From Psammoneis japonica (Eukaryota): DNA of 64,000 bases. Below are positions 1 through 10,434 of this stretch, piece after piece. The DNA is taken from the NCBI GenBank assembly GCA_008632985.1, contig QPGO01000076.1, positions 248,001 through 312,000 of the forward strand. Reading direction: 5' to 3'. Both the position numbers and the translations under genes were made by a program. The notes beneath the pieces were generated by a model. The model was given only the letters and a program-made list of their open reading frames with translations, did no database searches and was not told the DNA's origin. The stretch's first letter is position 1, and each line of letters starts with the position of its first letter.

Positions 1-67
1 GCTGGAGCATCGACACAAAAACAAGAGACGTTTCCATCAACACTCACAGCTCCAATGCTTCCTGTCC

Positions 68-710
68 ATGTGCAGCCATCATTGCGTGCCCACACCTGCT
101 TGGAGACATGACATTGGAGAAACCTGTTTTCAAGATTGGGTGCCAAACAACTGCATTTCCTGTGGATGTGTGTCACTTGATGTTTTCAGTGTGGAGATTT
201 TGTGCAGAATTCCACAGGCAAATGTCGCGCGGAGTCCCACCCAGGGCTGGAATGCACGATCATTTGCACTGGATGGTGCAGCACAGCAAATTGCTTGTGC
301 TTGCTCTGAGTCCTTCATTGACACACACATTGTCTGTGACCACCCGGCAAAGAGGCATCCATCAAAGTGGGCATCCTGTTTCAGATGGGCTGATGTTGAG
401 AAGAAGAATTTTGAGTTCATTGCTGTGACAGCAGAGCTGCAGTCACTCCTGATGCAACAACGCAACACAATTGAGCATGCCACCCAAATTGGTGAAGCAC
501 AGAAGAAGATTCAGAATCTTGAGAACTGCGCAAAGCATCAGCCACCCAGCTTCTCTGTGAGGCTGGAAAAATTTGTTGAAGATGTGACTCAGCTGGAGAA
601 AGGGGAACATCAGAATTGAACAGCCCAGACTCAAGCAGATCTGTGGATTGTAAAAATGACAGCAGACAGGGATTCGAAATTCACAGTCTTGGGCAATTCT
701 GATTTTGTCA
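68..710 (+). pseudogene. Degenerate coding relic, possibly an XPG/FEN1/Exo1-like (PIN-fold) nuclease
   Basis: Translated segments IDTHIVCDHPAKRHPSKWAS and, after an in-frame stop, TAQTQADLWIVKM...VLGNSDF loosely resemble the XPG-N (FVFDG..K) and XPG-I (EAD...DSD) motifs. TpA- and CpG-depleted. The resemblance is weak. Confidence 0.25.
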
Positions 711-2109
711 TGATGTCAGTTCAAGCAGAAAATTGAGTGAAAACTTGCTGATGTCATGGCAAAAGACATCAAAATTGCCATGAGACTCAAGCAGCAGATT
801 TGTTTGTTCAGAATGCACACAGGTCAAAAACCCATCACGGATCTTCTTGACAAAATCCTCTGTCTGAAATTGGGGAGGTGCCCATCTCTTCAAACAAACA
901 AAGGACACATTCTTGATTGCCCAGTGCTCAGTGGGGTGCAACATCCAATTTGACAAAGGTCACCACCAGATGTAGAGATGCAAAAGTGACCAGTCAAATG
1001 TGCTGTCAACCCAGGTTGTGGCAGATGAAAAGCCAAGTGTGTGCTGTCAACCTGAGGCGTGGCCGATGATGAAAAGTTTGGGGTCGACAAGGCTCTTCAC
1101 AAGGGTTGTGTGGCTGTTGTCCATTCCGGCAATGAGAGAGGCACAAAATGCACCAAACTGTCTTGGTTCATTAAAAGAGGGTGCAAAAACCAACTTTGGG
1201 ACATTGATTTTCTCTGCAACATGTGGCGAGTGCTTGTGTTTCAAGCGAACTTCATGTTTGACATGTTTCAATGAACGTCGATGCTGCAATGCATTTTGCA
1301 GTGGCAACAACCGCAAATGGAATGTCACAATGATGCACCAAGAAACAGCGCAGAAATGCACAGTTACAAGCAGCACTGCAGTGTTTGCAACACAAGATGG
1401 CTCATGCCACTTGTGTTGACGCGGGTGAAGTGCATCTTCACTGCACGACAAAGCACGGTCGCAGACTCTACGACAAAATTTGCGCCAGAAAAATTGAGCC
1501 CCCCCTCCCCCCCCCCACCCCCAAAAATGAACCGTGAACAACTTCAATGGGCAATTTTTCACCTGGTGTGGGCAGAGCATTTTGACTGACTTGACTCAAG
1601 CACAGCAAGAGTCAACATGCCAAAGTGGCCTGGGTGTTAAAGTGTTGGAAGGAACACAAAACAGCATCAATGACCGCGGGTGGAGCCGGCAGTGGTGGCA
1701 GCAGAAAGGGCTCTGGCAGAAGAGTGGCCCACATCAAAGGACAAGGAGCTCCATTTGGGGCCAAGTGTGATGCCAAAAAAGAGCTGGAATGAAAGCAGAG
1801 TGCCCGGTCGGTCTTGGCCATTGTCGCGGAAGCACGCTCCAGACAAGAAAGCAAGCATCAGAAAACAAAAAACCGAAATCCATTTTGCCGCTGCCTTGCC
1901 ACAGCCCACACCAACACCGACCACAGCAGACCCACGTTCCCCAGCACCCACAAAGGTCAGCAGGGACAATTCAAACACTGCCAAACATTGTCAGAAAGAC
2001 AGTGCCATCAACATGTTGTCCAAAGGCAATGCTGCCAATGCATCATCAGAAAGAGGCTGTTTGTTCTAAGTCAGAACAGTGCCGACCAGATGCTCGAAGA
2101 ATGGACAAG

Positions 2110-2542
2110 TGCCCTGTGCATGTGCCAGGCGCTGAAAAAGAAGATGTGTTACGACTTTGTCGTTGTGAAAATTATGAGCTAGTTTAGAGTAGAGAAAATG
2201 GGATCGTGCGAATAGGGAATCTTGCCAAATCCCTATTCGTTCGCATTTGGATCGTATTAAATCGATCGTGCGTTCGCATTGTGGATCGTGCGAATCAAGC
2301 CATCACGCGCCATGCACGAGTGATGTCATCGTGTGGAATCACGCTACCATCGTGGGCCAGACGACGGGCTAGTGTGCTTCACACGGATGCTCTCTTAGCA
2401 TCCTTCTGGAATTGCCTAAGACCTAGAGCCACGCCCTCCTGTGGTCGTGCTTCCCAGGTTGCGTGTTGACAACACTGCGTTGCCACGCACAAGAGGCTCA
2501 TGCACGGTCTCGCCGTGGTGTCCAGCAGCGAGGCATGCTGCA
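2110..2542 (-). repeat. Gypsy 3' LTR (433 bp)
   Basis: Near-identical to 7482-7913 and adjacent to the PPT. Confidence 0.93.
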
Positions 2543-2581
2543 CACTCCCCCATGATCAGGGCCGTCAAGTGACAGAATGTC

Positions 2582-5500
2582 TCACTGGTGACAGGGTGCA
2601 ATCTGCCGTAGATTGTGCGTGTCTGTCAGCGCTCCGTTCTGGGTGCGCAACGTGCCATTGTCACATGCACGGACAACTCTGGCGGGTCCTGCACAGCTGT
2701 CAGAACCGCATTTAGAGGATTGTTCCTGTTTGACAAGTGCCAACTGCCCTGCGGTGCATTGACACTCCTTGCGTTTCTGATTTTCACGCTTGTTGTTCAA
2801 GTGGATGAGCTTCTGCTTTCTGGTTTCTGTGTGCTTCCACTTGGCACGATGGGCAATGGACAAAACCGCATCGCGTCCGAAGACCAATTGCGTGGGACTT
2901 GCACGCATGGTCGTGTGCACCGCAGCTCTGACAGCGAAGGCCACTGCGGAGAGGATGCCACTCCATGGGTCATCTTCGTCCAGTTCCACATCCTGCACTG
3001 AAAAGGAACGCACCATGTCACCAAGTGTCTGGTGTGCACGTTCCACTGTGGCATTTGCCTGTGGATTCCGTTTGCTCATGGGTTTCTTCAAAATCCCATG
3101 GTCATTTTTAATCATCTGGCTAAATTCTGCCATAAATTCTGTCCCACGGTCATAAACCACCTGGGTTGGCCACGGACATCTGCGTGGCCACGTTTGTTCC
3201 ACGACGTTTGCTGCGACGTCTGCGCGTTTCGCAGACACTTCTTTAATCTCGAACCACCCGGTTGCTGGGTCAATCATTGTGACTGCCCACAATTGCAAGG
3301 TGTCCTTTCCGCGTCTTTGAATTTTATATGGCCCTGTCACATCCATGCATGGGAGTTTCCCATGGAATTGTCTCTGCGACCTTTTCTGGTGGCTTCCCAC
3401 AACGCTGCGTTCGGCGTTTTGTCTTCTGGCACTTGACGCACGTAGAATGCACCGTAGACCTCATGCCAGGCCAATGGAAGTGCTGGGCAACAGACACTTC
3501 CGCACGTGTCTCACCTGGATGACACAGTGTCTCGTGGTGCCATTCAGTTGGCGGAACCTGCAATGACTGTGGTGCTGCGATTTTGTCCTTATGACAGATT
3601 AACTGTCGTGATGACCCTCCCCCACGATGCGCGCGAATGGAGCAGTCGGACGAGTCCTTGGCTCTTGAGAGTGGGTGCTTGTCCTTTTGTTGTGCTTTTT
3701 GAATGCGCTTGAAGCCAATGGGCAGAGACAGCTCATCTTGAGCATCTGCATTAAAGGCTTCATGCAAAGGACGACTCGATGGAGTGTCCCCCACATCTGG
3801 ATTGGCCTCGGAAGGCAAGCTGGGTGCTGGTCGAAGGCGACTGAGAGCGTCAGCGACTGGGTTGTGGGTGCCCTTAACACAGCGTAATTCGGGACCGCAT
3901 TCTTTGCATGTCAACCGCCAGCACATAACGCGCTCGGCATTGAATGCTTTGTGCGCAAGATTTTTATGATCAGCACATGTGATCATGCGATGACCAAGGA
4001 GAGTCGTTCGAAATTCTTTCAACGTCTCCACAATGGCGAGCAATTCTCTCTCCGTTGTTGTGCAATTTAATTGCGCGCTGTCAAGCTTTCTGCTGCAAAA
4101 GGCGACAGGTTTGTTGTCTTGGGACATGACTGCTCCCAATTGACATTTAGAGGCATCGGCATGTGTCTCAAAGGGTTTGTTGAAATCAGGATGTGACAAT
4201 GAAACATCATCCGATGTCGCCCGTTTGACGGTTTCGAACGCCTCGTCTTCAACGGACGTCCACTCCCACTTGACAGTCTCACTTGCAAGTCGTGTTGGCG
4301 GAGCCAAGACTTCAGAACGTCTGATCCACGTGTCGCAGCAGTGGTTCACCATGCCAACAAATGAACGCAGGTCGCGTTTGTTGGTTGGGGTCGCGATTCG
4401 CTCAATGGCATCGACTTCATTGGGTGTTGGTCGCACTCTGTCTCTGTTGACCAGACAACCCAAGTGTTCCAACTGGGTTTGACAGAAGTGAGATTTGGTT
4501 GCATTGACTTTTGGTCCTGCTTTCTAGACCCTCAATGAAACTTCTTCAAGTTTGTTGAGGTGATCTTCATGGGTGCCTTTCGTCACGACGAGAAGGTCAT
4601 CTAAGTGCGTTCGAACGACAGATCTTCAAACAAGCCTGACATGCATTCTTGGAAAATGTCTGGCGAATTGCATGGTCCCATGGGCAATGCCTGCATCTCA
4701 CACTTGCCCCACGGGAAGATGAGCGTGCAGAGCTTCTTGCTGTCAGTGTCCAATCGGATGTGATGACAGCCCATGTTTAAATCCAGCGATGTGGCCCACA
4801 TAAAGCCTTCGAGCTTGAGTGGCATGTCTTGGACATGAGGAATCGGACAAGGCAATCGCTTGATCCGTTCACTCAGCTCTCTGAAATCATCAATGAAGCG
4901 TGCCGTTAACACGGGATCCGCGGATGCACCAGGGGAATCTGCGAAATGCGGGATGAAAGGGGAAAGGGGCAAATGTGAATGGTGGAAAAGTGACATGCTA
5001 TTATTTTACCTAGAGGGAACCTTTAGTCAGCCAAACACGCTTATTGCCGATTTGACCCTCGTAGGTCCGTCTTTCGAGGTCGTTAAATTGTGAGAGCAGA
5101 CGCGGTCTCTAGAAATAATTTTATATATTTTATTAGACCATTAATATTATATAAATCTGAAAACGACACACATAAAAAAGTGAATTTTCAACTTTATATA
5201 ACCTTCATAGCCATATATATTATATAACGATTAATCCTCAGACGCGTCCGTCACAACATTTTGACACCCCCATAAGACGGACCTGTGATGGTCAGATGAG
5301 AAATGTGCGTGTTCGGCTCACTAAAGGGACCCTTAAGGCACAATGATAGCCCTCACTTTCCCACCATTCCCATTTGCCCTTTCCCTTTCATCCCGCAATT
5401 CCGGTGCACCATGGATCCCGTGTTAAATCTTTCTTCGGTATGATAAATGATGGAGCTGCCCATTGGGATCGGTTAACGCGTTTGAGAACACCGATACGTA

Positions 5501-6211
5501 CTAGGCGCTCTACTTCCTTACGTAGCGTAGCTTCGTACGCACGAGGTACTTTATACGGACGAGCCTGGTATGGTTCTACACCCTCCTTGAGTTGGATATG
5601 GTAGGGTTCTCCCTTCCATTCTCCTAATGTCCCATCAAATAAGGACTCATGGCGTTTCAATAGTGCCAAAAGGTCGTTTTGTTGAACTATAGAAATTCTA
5701 TTGCCCCTCGCGTTATGTCCTCGAGGCAGGCCGGCGCGTACTTAGCGTCTAAAATACGCGAAATCCGGTCGGTTTCCGAAGATAAGGCTTCTGGATCTTG
5801 AAGATAGAAGGAGGTTTCCACCGTAGCATCTACGTGCCTCATTGGTACTTCTCCATTGACTAATGGCCACTCTATCATCTGTTTAGAGAAGACAATATCA
5901 ATGCCTTGTGTCTCCAGAATGTCACGTCCAATAATCATATCGTACTTGCCCAACTTTCCGTTGTGTACGTGGACGGTATGCTTAAGTTCTGCAGTTTCGG
6001 ATAATTCTGGTAACCGAAATTTAACGGTACAGTCGTTAGACGTACTAAACGAGCCTGCTACCGTAGTCCAGTTTGTCTCAGCCGTTGAATGGCTTCGCAG
6101 ACGTTTACAGTATCGACTATCGAGTAGAGTACTGCTAGCGCCACTATCTAGTAGTGCCTTAATAGTTTGAGTCTTGCCCTTGCCATGTTTAGTATTCATA
6201 GCTATAAACAA
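2582..6211 (-). pseudogene. Gypsy pol (protease, RT, RNase H, integrase), frameshifted and interrupted by a MITE
   Basis: Protease ALLDSGASS. RT SQWAAPSFIIPKKD|LTARFIDDFREL, SLDLNMGCHHI, LPMG. RNase H HADASKCQLGAV and TTTERELLAIVE. Integrase HETLCHPG, MIDPATGWFE, YDRGTEF, NPQANATVERAH. Confidence 0.92.
4910..5422. mobile_element. piggyBac-like non-autonomous element (MITE), 513 bp, TTAA TSD
   Basis: TTAA at 4906-4909 and 5423-5426. Imperfect terminal inverted repeats of about 80-90 bp begin CACGGGATCC. AT-rich non-coding interior. Removing the element plus one TTAA restores the RT frame (PKKDLTARFIDDF). Confidence 0.9.
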
Positions 6212-6343
6212 GATTGGAGTAAGATGAGTCTTTTTAACTCGTTTACGGGATTGGCCTACAACACGTGTACGATGGTAATTCAGTTGTTCATTTATGCATT
6301 CATCTAATGTATTAAAACTACCTGTATCGTGTCGGCCCCCTTC

Positions 6344-7393
6344 TCAGGCGTCCGAATCTTCGGAATCACTTAAGTTGAGGTCGCGGAAGTGATTAAGCTC
6401 CTCCTCGCGGGCCTTACGCTTTTTCTGAGCGTTGGCAAAGTACTCCTCGACCTTCGATCCGATGAGAGTATTAATATCTTCCTCATTCCGAGGTTTTGTA
6501 TTAGGCTTGCCGCCTCCGTTATTGGAATGTCCAGTCTTGACACGTTTCACGTGGTGCTTGAGCTGACGGCAATCTTCCGTATCATGTCCACAGTTAGTCC
6601 CGTGTAGTATACACGACTTCTGGGTGTTCCGCTGGGTCGTGATCAACGACTCAGGATTGTCCATTCTACGTCCCCGATTACGTAGAATCTTAGTATGTTG
6701 GTCCTGGTTACCTTCGGTAAGCTCGACCTGCTCGATGCGCTCGCAGAACTGTACAAATTCGGCGATAGTATGCGCCAACGGGTCAAAATTCTGTAGCGTC
6801 ATGAACTTCTGCCATGCGTTCGGCACACCGTACTCGAACATGTCGCATAGTTCGTCATTGGGTGATGGTGCCGGTGCTTCTCCATCCTCCGTCACGGGTG
6901 GAAACTGAGAGACACAGCCGTTAATTTCAACAGCCCTCGCAACGTGGTCACGAGCAGAAACCTCTGCGGGCTTGCGCATGAAGCGCCGCAGATGACGCTT
7001 CTGCAGCAGTGCCGCCCCATTTGGGAAGACACTTTCCTTTAGCTTCGCGACGCATGCTGCGTGCGCAGCGTTGGTTTAGGACGCCTGCTTGTCAGCGGCA
7101 TTGTCAAATGACGTCAGAGCATCGCCCTGCAGCAAGTCACGCACAAGGGCAAATTTCGCTGGCCCGGTCGTGATGTTTTGTCCTTCGTGCGCGTGATCCA
7201 CGTTGCGTGGAAAGATTGGAAGTGTCTCGCATGTAGCCGCAGAAAGGCACGGGATGCCCATCTCGTGCGTTGGACTGTCCGAATCAGCAGGGTTGTTGCG
7301 CAGCTTGAACGTCTGGTGCTCGCCCTGCTGCAGCTCTTTCTTCTCCGGCCGTGCGAACGGAATTGGCGGCTCAACCCGCTTCTTCATGGTCAT
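6344..7393 (-). pseudogene. Gypsy gag with one in-frame TAA (7076-7078)
   Basis: ORFs 7076..7600 and 6344..6979 share a frame. Contains a CILHGTNCGHDTEDC zinc-knuckle-like motif and lies between the 5' LTR and protease. Confidence 0.8.
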
Positions 7394-7481
7394 TTTGAGA
7401 TTTGTCGGTCCCACCAACATTTCGTAGTTTCGTTTCTGTAGATTTCGTTGCCTCGCACAATGTGCGGGAGCAACATTGCTG

Positions 7482-7913
7482 TGCCCCATGCATGCACCAG
7501 GCGCTGAAAAAGAAGATGTGTTGCGACTTTGTCGTTGTGAAAATTGTGAGCTAGTTTGGAGTGGAGAAAATGGGATCGTGCGAATGGGGAATCTTGCCAA
7601 ATCCCCATTCGTTCACATTTGGATCGCACCAAATCGATCGTGCGTTCGCATTGTGGATCGTGCGAATCAAGCCATCATGCGCCATGCACGAGTGATGTCA
7701 TCGTGTGGAATCACGCCACCATCGTGGGCCAGACGACGGGCCAGTGTGCTTCACACGGATGCTCTCTTAGCATCCTTCTGGAATTGCCTGAGACCCAGAG
7801 CCACGCCCTCCTGTGGTCGTGCTTCCCAGGTGCGTGTTAACAACACTGCGTTGCCACGCACAAGAGGCTCATGCACGGTCTCGCCGTGGTGTCCAGTGGC
7901 GAGGCATGCTGCA
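7482..7913 (-). repeat. Gypsy 5' LTR (432 bp)
   Basis: Near-identical to 2110-2542 (transitions plus one 1-nt indel) and upstream of gag. Confidence 0.93.
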
Positions 7914-8899
7914 CAAGCCCAGCCACACCCACTTGGGAGACACAAAAACAAACATTGCAGAAAACCAAACATGTGTCCATCTCCGAAGACACTTTGCTTG
8001 AAGAGAGTGTGAGTGAAATTCCTGGCATGAAACCATCCAGGAAGTCCAACACGGACCCCAACAATGAAAGGAAATGATGGTCGCTGAAAAATGCCATCAT
8101 GTGCAGAATTGTGCAGGAATTGTGTGCTGAAGCTGCAGCATCGAAGTGTGAGAAGAGCAAACACTCAGACCTGGAAATGCTGGCCACTTGAAAGACTCAT
8201 GAAGACCAACTTTGAAGTGCCATGCAGTGTTGATCATGACATTGAATTGCACTGCAAAGAAAACTTGGAGGAAGAACATTGGCAAGAAAAACAAAGGATG
8301 AAACTTGAAATGGTCTTGACTCGAAATTCTGACCAAATGTGCAGAATCGCACATGGAATTTGCACTGAAATGGCTGACTTGGAAATTGCTGAATCATGCA
8401 GAAATTAAAGCAGAAAACATGCTGACACATGGAAAGAAAATGCAAAGAGATGCGACACCATGGCGGTGCCACTCCCCCGAATGCAGACACAACAGAGCAT
8501 CCCCTCTGACACCTTTTGGTTTCTCTGTCATTGGCACAACTGCCCAACGTCCCAAAGTGCCCGAAGAGGTTGGCATGCCACCACACTCTCACATGGGACA
8601 ATCCTGCGGGCGCTTGCGCAGAATTGTGAGCATCAGAAAACAGTCATGGCAGAGCAGCAAGTGGCCAGAGCAAGGGAAAGGCAAGAGGCTTTAGAGCAAG
8701 AATTGATTGACAAGCAAAAAAGAGATGAGGAAAAACAAACTCAGCATGCCTTGTAAAATGTCAAGGCAGCAGCTGCAAAAGAGCATTTGTGTGAGGGGAC
8801 CAAAATCAGAGGGAGGGCACAGTCAGGCAAAACAGGATGTTTCTAGAACAAGCAAGATGCAGAGAGAATTGCCAATCAAGGCAAAAAGCAAAAGCACAT

Positions 8900-9260
8900 T
8901 CAAGCTTCAACAAAAGCAGTTTTAACAGTGGCACAGTCACAGCTCCTCGCAGCCAACCCTGCAACAACAGTGGTGACAACAACAGAAGTCCAAATGGCAC
9001 CAGCAGTCACAATGATGGCAGTTGCAACAATCACAGTTTCCACAATGGTGGTTGCCACAGTGGCAGTTGCAATGGCAGTGGCTGCAGTGGCAGCAGTTGC
9101 AGTGCAGCCTGAATGGCAGCACAGCTGCAATGGTGCCATCAGCAAACAACAGCAGTCACAACAGCAGTGGTTGAAATTGCAGCAGTGTTGCGACAGCAGC
9201 AATTTCAATGGCAGCAGTCAAAATGGCAGTGGTGGCAGTCATGATGCCAAGAGCAGTCAA
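8900..9260 (+). repeat. Low-complexity Gly/Ser/Asn-rich coding relic
   Basis: Reads GSCNNHSFHNGGCHSGSCNGSGCSGSSC, consistent with a former GSY/GGY repeat after Tyr->Cys/His conversion. Confidence 0.4.
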
Positions 9261-9784
9261 CCCACACGCACCAGTTTTTGAGGGCAGTGCAGCCCTGGGC
9301 CCACAGCATTGAAAGACACTCCCTTCCTTGGAAGTGTCAATCAATGCATCACCAGGGAGCAACCTCCCTTGGCTCCAGTTGGCTGTCTTGATGTTCAGAG
9401 GTGGGGGGGACCCAAGCCACATGAACATCTTTGCAAGAAGAAGTTGCCTGGGTGGTGCTGGCCTCTGCAGCCAGCGAGCAACCCATGCAGTCACTCAAAT
9501 GTTCAGAGACAAAAGCAGCCTCTTTTGCCAGCTGTTCCCAGATTTTTCCGAAAGTGGCAGATTGCAGATTGCCGCAACGAATGCTCCATGCCCTTGAGTC
9601 GCCCCTTGTCTCCCCTTTTGACATGTTCCAGCCTCGCGCAAACCAAGGAGTGTGCACAAAAACAACATTTGTGTGAAAAGTCTTCATTGTCTGAATGACA
9701 AATTCTGCACTCTTCAATCCATTGAGAATGAACAAATTGAGATGTCACTGTTTTGAGAAAAGAGCCTGAACATCAGCAAAAAAT

Positions 9785-10106
9785 CTCAGAAGGAATGTTT
9801 GTCCATTTTTGGGCTCTTTCTCTCTCACCTCTCTTTTCTCATGTGTGTGCACTGTGCACTTCTCCAAGTGCAATGAAGCATGTCATGTGTCAGCATTGTT
9901 GGTGGGAAGAGTTTGGTGGCAAAGCAACATCAGCTGTTAAAGTTGTGAGACTCCAGACTGTGGATGACAACAAACTCACAGAAGGAGTTTCCGCCCATTT
10001 TTGGACTTTGTTTCACACCTGTCTCTTTTCATGGATGTGCTGCTTGTCAGAGCAAAATGTGGCATGCAATGCATTGGCATCATTGGTGGGAAAAGGTTTG
10101 GTGGCA
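9785..10106. repeat. Degenerate direct repeat (two copies about 190 bp apart)
   Basis: cagaagga...ccattttt.gg...ctctttt.cat...ttggtggga..a.gtttggtggca occurs at about 9785-9921 and 9978-10106. Confidence 0.55.
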
Positions 10107-10434
10107 CAATCCAGCATTGGCTGTTGCTGCCATCATGTGGTCTTTTTCCTGTGTTGCACTTGAAGCTTGTGGTGGTGAAACACTCGCCACACCTCTCTAC
10201 AAAAGCCACTGCATTGTCGGCAAAACAGCCTTGCAGACACACAAGTGGCTTCACCACATGACGTTTGCACCAGCGCTTCGATGCATTGGACAATTTCTCT
10301 TTGTCACCTCCGACCTTTTCCTGTGCTTCCCTTTCCTTCGCAATTAAGAACTCCACCTTCGAGACACCCGCCAAAGTCTTAAATGCGGTCTTCATGCCAT
10401 CAAGGTCAACAGCCTCCGATGCACTCATTCTCGA

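Larger units (their letters stand above)
2110..7913 (-). mobile_element. Full-length Ty3/Gypsy LTR retrotransposon (degenerate), 4-bp TSD CAAG
   Basis: Direct LTRs 2110-2542 and 7482-7913 (TG...CA). CAAG flanks both ends (2106-2109, 7914-7917). PPT GGGGGAG on the minus strand at about 2545-2551. Domain order gag-protease-RT-RNaseH-integrase. The interrupted target frame rejoins across the insertion (MLEEWTS|PATPTWETQK). Confidence 0.95.

Noticed and set aside
8900..9260. CRISPR-like or satellite array
   Set aside because: No constant repeat with unique spacers. It is a decayed low-complexity coding tract in a eukaryotic context.
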